Shown piece after piece: positions 1-10,007 of a stretch of DNA of 64,000 nucleotides. The stretch is taken from positions 960,001-1,024,000 of the forward strand of contig OZ219786.1 in assembly GCA_964291285.2 (NCBI GenBank), in the 5' to 3' direction. Source of the stretch: Alphaproteobacteria bacterium (GTDB taxonomy: Bacteria > Pseudomonadota > Alphaproteobacteria > Bin95). Both the position numbers and the translations under genes were made by a program. Position 1 is the first letter of the stretch, and each line of letters starts with the position of its first letter. The notes beneath the pieces are model-generated. The model was not told where the DNA came from. It saw nothing but the letters and a program-made list of their open reading frames with translations, and did not search any database.

Positions 1-1
1 G

Positions 2-346
2 ATCTGGTGGTATCCGAAGGCCGACACGCGCGGTTGAACCATCGAAGGCAACGGGTTCCGTGACCGAATCCAGGACTTCGAGGCGAAGAACACGGCGATT
101 GTCGGATGCAGTTTCGACACGCCCGGGGACAACAAGGCGTTCCGCGACAAGCACTCTTTCCCGTTCGACCTGCTGAGCGATGCTGACAGGGCGATGTCGA
201 TGGCCTATGGCGCGACGGCGGACGCCGAAGCCGAGCGGCCGAAGCGCATCTCGGTGCTGATCGGCCCGGACGGGACGGTCGTGAAGCGCTACGACGCGGT
301 GACGCCCGCCGACCACCCGGACGAGGTGCTCGCCGACCTGGGCTGA
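2..346 (+). CDS. bcp: Peroxiredoxin (BCP/PrxQ family), 5'-truncated by the window edge; probable selenoprotein (UGA at 35-37)
   Basis: Frame 2 reads IWWYPKADTRG-UGA-TIEGNGFRD...VGCSFDT...FPFDLLSD...KRISVLIGPDG...HPDEVLADLG*. The UGA sits where Cys lies in the YPKxxTPGCT motif, and homology continues past it. Confidence 0.88.
42..67 (+). promoter_or_regulatory. Putative bacterial SECIS hairpin
   Basis: Stem-loop just 3' of the UGA: ACGG(51-54)/CCGT(58-61) with a GTT loop, extendable via GGC/G-CC and TCG/CGA. The apical G is ~18 nt from the UGA. Confidence 0.5.
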
Positions 347-356
347 CCGGCGCGCG

Positions 357-1517
357 TCAGTCCAGGATGAAATGCGGGACGAAACAGGCGTCGTCGGTGG
401 TGACGGCGCCTTCGTCTTCGCGAATGCACATCCCTGCCGGCTCGCTCGCCACCAGCCAGACGCCGCACATCGGCCGCCGGCCGTCGAATGACGGCAGCGG
501 CGCCAGCGCCTGGCGCACGAACCCCTCGGCGCCATACGGTCCGTCGAGGCCCGTGGACGCCCGTCCGTTCTCAACGAAGGTGATGTTCGCGCCTTCCCGG
601 GACAGCAACGGCTTGCGGACATAACGCCCGCCGAGGGACGACGCCTTCGGGTCGTCCTCGAAGAAGGCCGGCAGCAGGTTCGGGTGGCCCTCGAACATCT
701 CCCACAGCAGCGCCAGCAGGCCCTTGTTGGACAGCACCGCCTTCCAGCCGGGCTCGATGAACTGCGTGCCCGAGCCCGGAATGCGGCTGCCGAACTCCTC
801 CTCCATCAGCCATTCCCAGGGATAGAGCTTGAAAAGCCAGCGGACCGGCTCGTCGTCGAGATCGGTGAAGCGGCCATTGTCGGCAAGGCCGATATCCTCG
901 ATGAACAGGCGCCGGGTCGCCAGGCCTGCCTGCCGGCCGCAGTCCTCCAGATATTCGATGGTGCCGAGGTCCTCGTCCGTGTCGCGGGCGCAGGCGAGAT
1001 GCAGAGGGCCCTCGATGCCGAAACGCCCGAATGCTCCGATCAGCCGTTCGTGCAGCGAGTTGAACTGGTCCGCCCCTTCCGGGATGAGGCCCTGCTCCAT
1101 GGCCTGTTCGAGCCATATCCACTGGAAGATGGCGCTCTCGTAAAGCGACGTCGGCGTGTCCGCATTGTATTCGTAGAGCTTCGCCGGCCCATTCCCGTCA
1201 TAGCGGAAGTCCATGCGCCCGTAGAGGTTCCGTTCCCGGTTCCGCCAGCTGTCGGCCACATAGCCCCGGAACATCTCCGGGATCGCCAGCCGCTTCAGCA
1301 CCTCCTCGTCGGCCACGGCCCGCTCGACGACCTCGAAGCACATCTGCTCCAGCTCTTCCGCCGGGTCTTCGAGGTCGTCCTCGATTTCCCGGAGCGTGAA
1401 GCGGTAGGTGTGCGTCTCGTCCCAATAGCGCTCGCCGTCGGGCGTGTGGAAGGTAAACCCGTGCTCCTCCGCGACCTCGCGCCAGTTGTCGCGCGGCCTG
1501 ACCGGCAGGCGCTCCAT
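357..1517 (-). CDS. Glutathionylspermidine synthase family ATP-grasp protein (YgiC/YjfC-like)
   Basis: Motifs YGRMDF, YEYNADTPTSLYE, FKLYPWEW, VRKPLLSREGAN. Start at MERLPV overlaps the upstream stop. Confidence 0.9.
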   Translation of the reverse strand: MERLPVRPRDNWREVAEEHGFTFHTPDGERYWDETHTYRFTLREIEDDLEDPAEELEQMCFEVVERAVADEEVLKRLAIPEMFRGYVADSWRNRERNLYGRMDFRYDGNGPAKLYEYNADTPTSLYESAIFQWIWLEQAMEQGLIPEGADQFNSLHERLIGAFGRFGIEGPLHLACARDTDEDLGTIEYLEDCGRQAGLATRRLFIEDIGLADNGRFTDLDDEPVRWLFKLYPWEWLMEEEFGSRIPGSGTQFIEPGWKAVLSNKGLLALLWEMFEGHPNLLPAFFEDDPKASSLGGRYVRKPLLSREGANITFVENGRASTGLDGPYGAEGFVRQALAPLPSFDGRRPMCGVWLVASEPAGMCIREDEGAVTTDDACFVPHFILD

Positions 1518-2053
1518 CAGGCGCCGGCGCCGAATCCCGTGGCGCGCGCACGCGCGCCGAAGCCGCCCCGCTGTTGCGTGTAGAGCTTCTGGGCGGGACG
1601 CCCGGCGGCGCGTTCGGCCACCTGCGTGCGCCCGATCGCGCCGCCGACGGAGCGGTTGTTCGCCGTGCGGAAATTCTTGCCGTCGTCCCCCGAGCGGTAG
1701 AGCGGCTGCGTGTGCGCCCGGCCGCCCATCATCTGCCCCATCATGAAACCCGCCATGAGCGGCATGAACACGCTGCCGCCGGTATTGGTCGTGTATGGCG
1801 AGACCTCGCAGCCCTCGGCGCCGAAATCGGCCTCGCAATCGGCGCGCGAGGTGTATTTGGGCGCGACCTCAGCATGCTGCGCCTTCGCCGTATTAAATTC
1901 GCCATAGCACTGCTCCGCCGTGATGCCCTGTTCGGCGATGCACTGCTCCACCGTCTCGAAGATTGCCGCGTCCGTCCTCGGTTCCTCGCAAGCGCTAAGG
2001 GTGAGTGCCGAGGTTCCCATCATGACCAGGGCGATCCGGCTCGAGCGTTTCAT
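1517..2053 (-). CDS. DUF1190 / YgiB-like lipoprotein
   Basis: Lipobox LSAC, APKY..RADCEADFG...C, FMPLMAGFMMG and a Gly-rich RGGFG tail; usual partner of Gsp-synthase-like genes. Confidence 0.85.
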   Translation of the reverse strand: MKRSSRIALVMMGTSALTLSACEEPRTDAAIFETVEQCIAEQGITAEQCYGEFNTAKAQHAEVAPKYTSRADCEADFGAEGCEVSPYTTNTGGSVFMPLMAGFMMGQMMGGRAHTQPLYRSGDDGKNFRTANNRSVGGAIGRTQVAERAAGRPAQKLYTQQRGGFGARARATGFGAGA

Positions 2054-2082
2054 GGCAGGGCCCTCCTTCTGAGCAAAGACCT

Positions 2083-3252
2083 TCAGCGGGCGAGGCGCAT
2101 CTCGACCAGATTGGCGAAATAGCTCGACCCGACGGGCAGCACCTCGTCGTTGAAGTCGTAGCGCGGATGATGCAGGCCGGGATCGTCGCCCGTCACGCCG
2201 CCGCCGAGCCAGATATAGGCACCCGGCCGCTCGAGCAGCATGTAGGAGAAGTCCTCGCCGCCCATCACCGGCGGCACGGTGCTGTCCACCTTGGCCTCGC
2301 CGACGGTCGCGGCGGCGGCGGCCTCGGCGAAGCCGGTCTCGCGCTCATGGTTGACGGTCGGCGGATAGCCGCGGTCATAGTTGAAGTCCGCGCTTCCGCC
2401 CATTGCCGCCGCCACAGCCTCGGCGATGCGCGTCATGCCCGCTTCCATGGCGTCGCGCATATCGGGGTCGAAGGTCCGTACCGTGCCGTCGAGCGAAGCC
2501 GTGTCCGGGATCACGTTGAAGGCCGTGCCGGCGTGGAACATGGTCGTGCTGATGACCGCCGACTTGATCGGATCGGCGGTGCGCGACACCAGGGTCTGCC
2601 AGGTCGTGACGATCTGCGCGCCGATGGCGACCGGATCGACGGAAAGATGCGGCATGGCGGCGTGCCCGCCCTTGCCCTGGACGGTCAGCGAGAAACGGTC
2701 CGCCGCCGCCATCATCGGCCCCGGAACGACGCCGATGGTGCCCGCCGGAAGCATGGGAGCATTGTGCAGGCCGTAAACCTCGTCGCAGGGGAAGCGGTCG
2801 AACAGCCCCTCCTCGACCATCTTGAGCCCGCCGGCGCCGCCTTCCTCCGCCGGCTGGAAGATGAGGTGCACGGTGCCGTCGAAATTCCGCGTCTCGGCCA
2901 GATACTTGGCCGCACCCAGCAGCATGGTCGTGTGGCCGTCATGTCCGCAGGCATGCATCCGTCCGGGATTGACCGACTTCCAGGGAGACTCGTTCTCCTC
3001 GTCCATCGGCAGGCAGTCCATATCCGCGCGCAGCCCGATGGTGCGCCCGGAAGACCCGTTGCCCCAGATGACGCCGACCAGACCGGTCCCGGCGATATTC
3101 CGCGTCACCTCGACCCCCCAGCTTTCCAGCCGTTCGGCGACAAGGTCCGAGGTCCGGTGCTCCTCGTAGCCAAGCTCGGGATGCATGTGGAAGTCGCGCC
3201 GCCACTCGGTCAGCTGCTCATGATCGGCGGCGATGGAATTGACGATCGGCAT
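2083..3252 (-). CDS. M20 aminoacylase / hippurate hydrolase family amidohydrolase
   Basis: RRDFHMHPELG, LRADMD, MHACGHDGH, FQPAEEG, GGEDF, LHHP. Confidence 0.92.
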   Translation of the reverse strand: MPIVNSIAADHEQLTEWRRDFHMHPELGYEEHRTSDLVAERLESWGVEVTRNIAGTGLVGVIWGNGSSGRTIGLRADMDCLPMDEENESPWKSVNPGRMHACGHDGHTTMLLGAAKYLAETRNFDGTVHLIFQPAEEGGAGGLKMVEEGLFDRFPCDEVYGLHNAPMLPAGTIGVVPGPMMAAADRFSLTVQGKGGHAAMPHLSVDPVAIGAQIVTTWQTLVSRTADPIKSAVISTTMFHAGTAFNVIPDTASLDGTVRTFDPDMRDAMEAGMTRIAEAVAAAMGGSADFNYDRGYPPTVNHERETGFAEAAAAATVGEAKVDSTVPPVMGGEDFSYMLLERPGAYIWLGGGVTGDDPGLHHPRYDFNDEVLPVGSSYFANLVEMRLAR

Positions 3253-3258
3253 TGCTCC

Positions 3259-4653
3259 TCAAGCCTCCCTGGCTGCTTCCGTCTTGGACGGCCCGGCGAC
3301 GAGCGCCGCATTCTCCGTCTCGAGTTCCTGTTCGATCGCGGCGATCGCGGCTGCCTGGCCGGGCGCCGGCGGCGCCGGCGGCCGCCACTCCAGACTATCG
3401 AAAACCCCGCACTGGGGACAAGCGCCGCTCCAATCGGGCGACATGGCGCTGCACGCCCGGCAGATCCATGCCGGATCCCCGGGCGCCAGCCGCGCCCGCG
3501 CCAGCCAGTTTCTGGCCCCGTCCGTATCGCCGTCCGCCAGCGCAATGCTCGCCATCAGCCGGCAGATGCGCGCCGGCGCGCCTTCGCCCGCAAGGGGCTC
3601 GACCAGCCTGCGGGCTTCCGCCTGCTGCCCGGCCGCGAGAGCCAGATCGGCCAGCAGCGCGCGCGTCTCCGGCCGCGCGGTATCGCCCTTCAGCAGGCGT
3701 TGCCCCTGCGTGAAGCGCACGGCCGGCGTCAGCCGGCCCCACAATGCCGCCAGTGTCTCGCCCAGCATCGGGTGGGCGGCCTTCGTCCAGCCGTCGCGAA
3801 GGATCTTCTCCGCCCTGCTGCCATGACCGGCAGCGCCTTCCAGGCGCGCCACGCGGGCCGTTGCGGCAGGCATGGAAGGGGCGAGCTTCCAGGCGGTGCG
3901 GGCGTAGTTGAGGGCCGCGGCGCTGTCTTCGCGCTCCTCGGCAAGGCGGGACCGCTCCACCGCGATGACCGCGCGCCGGCGCCTCAGGTCCTCTCCCCGC
4001 ACGAGCTTCCTGCCCGCCAGCGCCTCCAGCGCCGCCGACGCGCCGTCCCAGTCGCCATTCGCCGTGCGCAGGTTGAACAGCGCCTCGAGGACCCAGGGTG
4101 TGCCCGGCCGCTCCTTCTGCGCGCGGGCGGCAATTGCGAGCGCTTCGGCCCGGTCGCCGGCGCGGTCGGCCTGCGCCATCAGGCCGCGCAGGCCGAGCAG
4201 GCTGGTCTCCGGCTCGTCCACCATCGCCTCGAAGAACTTGCGGGCCGCGCTGTCGTCGCCGTTCAATTGCGCCGCCTGCGCTGCAAGCAGCAGGGTCAGG
4301 GGGGCGCCGTCGAGCATCCGGTCGGCCTCGCGGGCGCGGCGCCTGGCTTCGTCGGCCGCGCCTGCCGCAACCGCCACCATGCCGAGGCTCAGCGCCCGGT
4401 ATCCGCGCTCGCGGCGGCGCCCGGCGCGCCCGAACCGCATGGCCTGCGGCGCGCGGCGGAGCGCCAGCCAGGACCGGTAAGCGAACGCTGCCAGCAGGCC
4501 GATAAGGAGGAGCGCCACCAGCAACCCGCCGGTCCGGGCATTAATACGCCACTGCCCAAGGCTGAATTCGCCATCGCCCGGCATCTGCGCCAGCAGGACG
4601 GCCGCAGCCACGACGAGCCCGATCTTGAGCAGCGTCCATAACAGGCGGATCAT
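3259..4653 (-). CDS. hemY: Heme biosynthesis-associated TPR membrane protein HemY
   Basis: Two N-terminal TM segments from MIRLLW, TPR-like helices, C-terminal WICRAC...W...CPQC knuckle; lies in the hem operon. Confidence 0.8.
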   Translation of the reverse strand: MIRLLWTLLKIGLVVAAAVLLAQMPGDGEFSLGQWRINARTGGLLVALLLIGLLAAFAYRSWLALRRAPQAMRFGRAGRRRERGYRALSLGMVAVAAGAADEARRRAREADRMLDGAPLTLLLAAQAAQLNGDDSAARKFFEAMVDEPETSLLGLRGLMAQADRAGDRAEALAIAARAQKERPGTPWVLEALFNLRTANGDWDGASAALEALAGRKLVRGEDLRRRRAVIAVERSRLAEEREDSAAALNYARTAWKLAPSMPAATARVARLEGAAGHGSRAEKILRDGWTKAAHPMLGETLAALWGRLTPAVRFTQGQRLLKGDTARPETRALLADLALAAGQQAEARRLVEPLAGEGAPARICRLMASIALADGDTDGARNWLARARLAPGDPAWICRACSAMSPDWSGACPQCGVFDSLEWRPPAPPAPGQAAAIAAIEQELETENAALVAGPSKTEAAREA

Positions 4654-5927
4654 CTGCCGTCCCCGGCGGTAAGCGCCTGCAACTCCGCATCGGCCGCCAG
4701 CCGGTCCCGGGCGGCGAGGCGCCAGCCGTCGAACGGCAGCGGCAGGTCGCCGCCGAGCTCCGCAACCGCGCCCGCCAGATTGCCGTCCTCGATATGGGCT
4801 TCCGCACGGCCGAGTGCCGCATCGGCGCCGTCGCCGGCCAGGTCCTTGGAAACCCGGCGGACGCTTACGACATCGGAGAGCCGCCCGATCACGTCGTCGA
4901 GCCAGGGCGTGCCGGTCGCCCCCTCGGGCCGGAGGGTGCGGGCGCGGGCCAGCTCCTTGAACCGCCGCGCCAGCGCGTCCGCCGTCGGCAGGCCCTGTTC
5001 GGCATGCGCCGTCCACGAGCCGAAGCCGGGGCCGCCGGCCGCCCGAAGCGCCTCCAGCTCCTCCTTGAACGGCACGCCGGAGTCCACCGCGAACCTGAGG
5101 CGCGCGGCGGCCAGCTTGACCCCGCCGCCCGCCTCGTCCGAGAGGGCGAGGTTCGCGACCGCGTCGCGCAGCACGGCCAGCTCCGCAAGCGCCTTGTCCG
5201 CAGACGCGCCGGCCTCGCCCGCGGCGCGGTCCGTCGCCGCCATCCACGCATCCAGATCGTTCGTCCTGCCGTCCGCTTCGAGGCCCTCCACACGCATGTC
5301 CAGCGCCGCGACCGCCGCCTTGAGCGACGCCAGCCCCGGGTCCGCAGCCGCAGAGCCGTCGGCCGTGGGCCGCGCCTCCAATGCGGCGAGCCCTTCCCTG
5401 AGGCCGGCAATCTCGGCGGCGACCGCCGGATCGACGACCGGCTCCGCCTGTTCGAGAGCCGCGACCCGCGCTTCCAGCGACTCCAGCCGGGCGTCGAGCC
5501 GCCGTTCGAATGCCTCCAGGGCTTCGCGCAGAGCGGCGGCTTCGCCGGCCACCGTTGCGATAGTCTCCCGGTTGCCCGTTATCGCCGCCGAGTGCGCGTC
5601 CAGATGCGCCCGGTCAGCCGATTCGACCTCCGCTTTCAGCACCCGTTCGGTCAGGCGCTGTATATCGTCTGTCGTCGCCATGTCGGGCGGCTGGCCGGCG
5701 AGGAAGGCGGCAAGGCGCTCCGGCTGAGCGGCGACCAGATAGCCCAGCGCCGCAATGAGCACGACCGGCAGGAGCCAGAGCAGCAGGAACAGCCGTCCGC
5801 GACGCCGGCGGCGGGCCGCCGCCCTTTCTTCCGGCGTTCCGGCGGATTCCGCGGCCGGGCGGTCCTCCGCGACCGCCTCGACCTCTATCGGCTCCGCCTC
5901 GTCTCCCGGTCGATCCGTCATCGGCAT
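4650..5927 (-). CDS. COG4223 / mitofilin (Mic60-like) membrane protein
   Basis: N-terminal TM helix, long coiled coil, C-terminal G.PF..EL / GLPT..L..RF / VSVRR block; located between hemD and hemY. Confidence 0.75.
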   Translation of the reverse strand: MPMTDRPGDEAEPIEVEAVAEDRPAAESAGTPEERAAARRRRRGRLFLLLWLLPVVLIAALGYLVAAQPERLAAFLAGQPPDMATTDDIQRLTERVLKAEVESADRAHLDAHSAAITGNRETIATVAGEAAALREALEAFERRLDARLESLEARVAALEQAEPVVDPAVAAEIAGLREGLAALEARPTADGSAAADPGLASLKAAVAALDMRVEGLEADGRTNDLDAWMAATDRAAGEAGASADKALAELAVLRDAVANLALSDEAGGGVKLAAARLRFAVDSGVPFKEELEALRAAGGPGFGSWTAHAEQGLPTADALARRFKELARARTLRPEGATGTPWLDDVIGRLSDVVSVRRVSKDLAGDGADAALGRAEAHIEDGNLAGAVAELGGDLPLPFDGWRLAARDRLAADAELQALTAGDGR

Positions 5928-6664
5928 CCTTCGCCGGCAATGCCGGGCGCTTCCAGGATACGGTCCACTTCCGCCATCATCGCCTCGTGATCCGGCCGGC
6001 CGGCAACACAGACCTCGCGCCAGGCAACGCCTTCCAGAGCCCGGCCCACGGCCTCGCTGAGGACGCAGGCATGAACGCAGCGGCAGGACTCTTCGACGCC
6101 GCTCCGCAGCGCCAATCTAGCAAACACCGCCGCCGTCCGGGGAGAGAAAAACAGGGCGAAGCCGAGACTCCCGACAGTCAATTCCTCCATGAGCGCCGGG
6201 CTGAACGCTTTGACGGCAAGGGCGCGGTAAAGCACCTCGCGCCGCACGACGAACCCCGCCTCCGCCAGACTGCCTGCCAGGTTCCCCGCAACGGCCTCGC
6301 CCGAGGCATGGAGCAGGGGCCCGGCCGAGGGAGCGCAGCGCGCCGCCGCCAGTCCCGCCAGTTCGCGGGCGCCGCCGGCCGCGCTGTCGATCCGAAGGAA
6401 GCCCGCCGCGCGCGCTTCCCGCGCCGTTGCATCTCCCGCCGCGAATGCCGGCAGGCCGCGCTCCGGCGAGGCGGCCGCGAAGGCGCGCACCCCGTTCGCG
6501 CTCGTGAACAGCAGGGCTTGCACATCCGTAATGTCGAGGACCGGCGCCGGCAGGAACTCGATCCTGAGCATCGGCTCGACCAGGGCGGCGACGCCGCGCG
6601 CCGCCAGCGCATCGGCAGTGCGGTCGGCGTCGGGCAACGGCCGGGTGACGAGGGCCCGGATCAC
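5918..6664 (-). CDS. hemD: Uroporphyrinogen-III synthase
   Basis: [29 protein letters not shown]; GTG start overlaps the hemC stop. Confidence 0.88.
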   Translation of the reverse strand: MIRALVTRPLPDADRTADALAARGVAALVEPMLRIEFLPAPVLDITDVQALLFTSANGVRAFAAASPERGLPAFAAGDATAREARAAGFLRIDSAAGGARELAGLAAARCAPSAGPLLHASGEAVAGNLAGSLAEAGFVVRREVLYRALAVKAFSPALMEELTVGSLGFALFFSPRTAAVFARLALRSGVEESCRCVHACVLSEAVGRALEGVAWREVCVAGRPDHEAMMAEVDRILEAPGIAGEGCR

Positions 6665-7566
6665 CCGTCGAGCGCCCCCGGCGGCGCGTCTGCGCGGAGC
6701 GCCTCCCCCGCTTCCAGCCCGATGGCCGCAGCCTCGTCGGCCGGCCCCGACCGGCACACTTCCCGCATCTCCGCCCCGTCCGGCGTCAGCAGCCGGCCCC
6801 GAAGCACGAGTTCGCCGTCCTGGAGGCGCGCATGGGCGGCAATCGGCGTCCGGCAGGACCCGTCGAGCGCCGCGAGCAGGGCGCGCTCGGCCGTCACGCA
6901 GCAGGAGGTGGGCCCGTGGTCGATGGCGGCGAGGCGCTCGCGCAGGGCGCAATCCCCGGCGCGGCACTCGATGCCGACCGCGCCCTGCCCCGCCGCCGGC
7001 AGCATGTCCTCCGGCGCAAGGGGGACGGCGCGCTCCGCCATGCCGAGCCGCGCGAGGCCGGCCATCGCCAGGAAGGTCGCGTCGAATTCCCCGGCGCGCA
7101 CCCGCTCCAGCCGCGTCCCGACATTGCCGCGGATGAGCGCGGGCACGAGATCGGGCCGCCGGGCCAGCATCTGCGCCTGCCGGCGGAGCGAGGCCGTGCC
7201 GACTCGCGCGCCCGGCGCCAGGTCGGCGAGTGTGGGCGCCCCGCCCGCCAGCCCGTCGCGGGGGTCTTCGCGCTCCAGCATGGCGGCCAGCACGAAGCCT
7301 TCCGGCAGCACCGTCTCCAGGTCCTTCACCGAGTGGACTGCGGCGTCGATCCGCCCCTCGGCCAGCGCCGCCTCGATCTCCTTTGCAAACAGGCCCTTGC
7401 CGCCGATATCGGCCAGCCGCGGGTCGCGTATCCGGTCCCCTGTCGTGCGGATGGCGACGATCTCGACATCGAGGTCAGGATCATGCGCCCGCAGGGCGGC
7501 CGCCACCTCTTCCGCCTGCCGGAGGGCAAGCGGGCTGCCGCGCGTGCCGAGACGGATTTTTGCCAT
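6661..7566 (-). CDS. hemC: Hydroxymethylbilane synthase
   Basis: [53 protein letters not shown]. Confidence 0.96.
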   Translation of the reverse strand: MAKIRLGTRGSPLALRQAEEVAAALRAHDPDLDVEIVAIRTTGDRIRDPRLADIGGKGLFAKEIEAALAEGRIDAAVHSVKDLETVLPEGFVLAAMLEREDPRDGLAGGAPTLADLAPGARVGTASLRRQAQMLARRPDLVPALIRGNVGTRLERVRAGEFDATFLAMAGLARLGMAERAVPLAPEDMLPAAGQGAVGIECRAGDCALRERLAAIDHGPTSCCVTAERALLAALDGSCRTPIAAHARLQDGELVLRGRLLTPDGAEMREVCRSGPADEAAAIGLEAGEALRADAPPGALDG

Positions 7567-7662
7567 GCGCCGCGGGTTACCCCTTCCGGCGGCCGGGCGC
7601 AATCCGTCGCCGCGCCCGCCGACGGGCGCAATCGGTCATTGCGCGGGCAGGCGGGCCCTGTA

Positions 7663-8706
7663 ATGTCCGGCGCCATGCAGGTCCTCGGCATCGAGACGAG
7701 TTGCGACGAGACGGCGGCGGCCGTGGTGGACGCCGACCGGCGCATCCTCGCCGAGCGCCTGTTGTCGCAAATCCGCGAACACGAACCCTATGGCGGCGTC
7801 GTGCCCGAAATCGCGGCCCGCGCCCATCTCGACCATCTCGACCGGCTGGTCGCGGAGACGATGGCGGAGGCCGGCATCGGCTTCGCCGGACTCGACGGCA
7901 TCGCGGTGGCCGCCGGACCCGGCCTGATCGGCGGGCTGCTGGTGGGCGCGACCGCGGCGAAGGCGATGGCGCTGGCGAGCGGCCGGCCTTTCCTCGCCGT
8001 CAACCACCTGGAAGCGCACGCGCTGACCGCGCGGCTCACGGACGGGCTCGACTTCCCCTATCTGCTGCTGCTGGTCTCCGGCGGACACACGCAATTGCTG
8101 GCGGTCGAAGGCGTCGGCCGCTACCGGCTCTACGGCGAGACCGAGGACGACGCGCTGGGCGAGGCGTTCGACAAGGCGGCCCGCCTGCTCGGGCTCGGCT
8201 TTCCCGGCGGGCCGGCGGTCGAGAAGGCTGCGGAAGCGGGCGATCCGGCGCGATTCCGCCTGCCGCGCCCGCTCGCCGGACGGCCCGGCGCCGGCTTCTC
8301 CTTCTCCGGCCTGAAGACCGCGCTCCGCCGCGCCGTCGAGGCGCTGCCCGCGCCGCGCGACCGGGACATTGCGGACCTCGCCGCCTCGTTCCAGGCCGCC
8401 GCCGCCGACACGCTGGCCGACCGCACCGGCAATGCCGCCGCCATGTTCCGGCGGGACTGCCCGGCCGGCCGCACACTCGTAGCGGCCGGCGGCGTTGCCG
8501 CAAACCGGAGCCTCAGGACGCGCCTGCAACGGGTGGCCGAGGAACACGGTCTTGCCTTCGCCGCCCCGCCGCCGCGCCTCTGCACCGACAATGCCGCCAT
8601 GATCGCCTGGGCCGGGCTGGAGCGGCTGAGGCTGGGCGGGCGCGACGGCCTCGACTTCCGGCCCCGGCCGCGCTGGCCGCTCGCACCCGCGACCGGCGCG
8701 TCATGA
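7663..8706 (+). CDS. tsaD: tRNA N6-threonylcarbamoyltransferase
   Basis: [54 protein letters not shown]. Confidence 0.96.
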   Translation: MSGAMQVLGIETSCDETAAAVVDADRRILAERLLSQIREHEPYGGVVPEIAARAHLDHLDRLVAETMAEAGIGFAGLDGIAVAAGPGLIGGLLVGATAAKAMALASGRPFLAVNHLEAHALTARLTDGLDFPYLLLLVSGGHTQLLAVEGVGRYRLYGETEDDALGEAFDKAARLLGLGFPGGPAVEKAAEAGDPARFRLPRPLAGRPGAGFSFSGLKTALRRAVEALPAPRDRDIADLAASFQAAAADTLADRTGNAAAMFRRDCPAGRTLVAAGGVAANRSLRTRLQRVAEEHGLAFAAPPPRLCTDNAAMIAWAGLERLRLGGRDGLDFRPRPRWPLAPATGAS

Positions 8707-9557
8707 TGGTCGGCGTGCTGGGCGCGGGCGCCTGGGGACGCGCGCTGGCGAAAACGGCGGACCGCGCCGGGCACGAAGTCGCGCTCTGGGGCCGGGCCGA
8801 CGGTACGCACCGCTTCGAGGCCGCCGCCTCGGCCGAGGTCGTGGTCCTGGCGGTCCCGGCCCAGGCCATGGCCGCACTGGCGGACCGGCTCGACCCCGGA
8901 ACGGTGCACGGCGTGCCGGTGATCGCCGCCAAGGGCTTGGAGCGCGGCACGGGCCGGCTGATGAGCGAGGTGCTGGGCCCGGGTTTTGCCGCAGGCGTGC
9001 TGTCCGGCCCCAATTTCGCCGCCGAGGTCGCCGCCGGCCTGCCGACGGCGGCGGTGCTGGCGGGCGCGCCGCAGGCCGCCTTCGCCACGAGCGGCTTCCG
9101 CGTCTATGAGAGCCGCGATGTCGTCGGCGTGCAGCTATGCGGGGCGCTCAAGAACGTCATCGCCATCGCGGCGGGGATTACCGAAGGACGCCGGCTCGGC
9201 GAGAACGCCCGCGCCGCCCTGATGACGCGGGGTCTCGCGGAAATCCGCCGCCTCGTCATCGCCGAGGGCGGCGAGGCCGAAACGGTCGCCGGGCTGGCCG
9301 GCCTCGGCGACCTGATGCTGACTGCGACCAGCCCCACCTCGCGCAACTATGCCTACGGAGTGGCGTTGGGCGCGGCGGAGCCGCCGCCTGACGCGCTTGC
9401 CGAAGGCGCGACCACGGCCGAGCCCGCCCTGCTCCGCGCAGCGCGCGCCGGTGTGGAGTTGCCGATTGCAGCGGCCGTCGCCGATATTGTCGCGGGGCGC
9501 GTCGATATAGAAACCGCCATGAAGCGGCTGCTCGCCCGCCCCGCCGGCCGCGAATGA
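8703..9557 (+). CDS. gpsA: NAD(P)H-dependent glycerol-3-phosphate dehydrogenase (short form, 284 aa)
   Basis: [42 protein letters not shown]; directly follows tsaD. Confidence 0.9.
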   Translation: MMVGVLGAGAWGRALAKTADRAGHEVALWGRADGTHRFEAAASAEVVVLAVPAQAMAALADRLDPGTVHGVPVIAAKGLERGTGRLMSEVLGPGFAAGVLSGPNFAAEVAAGLPTAAVLAGAPQAAFATSGFRVYESRDVVGVQLCGALKNVIAIAAGITEGRRLGENARAALMTRGLAEIRRLVIAEGGEAETVAGLAGLGDLMLTATSPTSRNYAYGVALGAAEPPPDALAEGATTAEPALLRAARAGVELPIAAAVADIVAGRVDIETAMKRLLARPAGRE

Positions 9558-9583
9558 CCGGACATGGAAGAGGAAACCGACCG

Positions 9584-9997
9584 ATGAATTACTGGCTGTT
9601 CAAGAGCGAGCCCGGCGCCTGGTCGTGGCAGAACCAGCTGGATGCCGGCACGGCCGAATGGGACGGCGTGCGCAACTATCAGGCCGCCAACAACATGAAG
9701 GCGATGAAGGTCGGCGACCGGGGCTTCTTCTACCATTCTGTCGGCGAGCGGGCGATCGTCGGCACGGTCGAGGTGGTGAAGGAATACTACCCCGACCCGA
9801 CGGACGCCTCGGGCCGCTTCGGCATGGTGGACGTGCGCGCCGTCGAGAGCGCGGCCCGCCCGGTGACGCTCGCGGAGATCAAGGCCGACCCCGATTTCGC
9901 CGAGCTTCCGCTCGTGCGCCAGTCGCGGCTGTCCGTCTCGCCGGTGCCGGCTCCGCTCTGGACCAAGCTCTGCGCGATGGCCGGCGTCTCCGGCTGA
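9584..9997 (+). CDS. EVE domain protein
   Basis: YWLFKSEP, WDGVRNYQA, GD..FFYHS, RQSRLSV. Confidence 0.92.
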   Translation: MNYWLFKSEPGAWSWQNQLDAGTAEWDGVRNYQAANNMKAMKVGDRGFFYHSVGERAIVGTVEVVKEYYPDPTDASGRFGMVDVRAVESAARPVTLAEIKADPDFAELPLVRQSRLSVSPVPAPLWTKLCAMAGVSG

Positions 9998-10007
9998 CCC
10001 GCCGCGC

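Noticed and set aside
357-2053. DUF1190 + Gsp-synthase pair as a novel system
   Set aside because: Known ygiB-ygiC/yjfM-yjfC pairing.
2167-4641. Many long antisense or alternate-frame ORFs (e.g. 2167-4641, 12796-15207, 28114-30270, 36172-38250)
   Set aside because: They are shadows of real genes in very high-GC DNA: Arg/Pro/Gly-rich and without motifs.
3259-9997. Mitofilin-like gene in the hem operon and EVE gene after tsaD-gpsA
   Set aside because: Known, conserved alphaproteobacterial arrangement.
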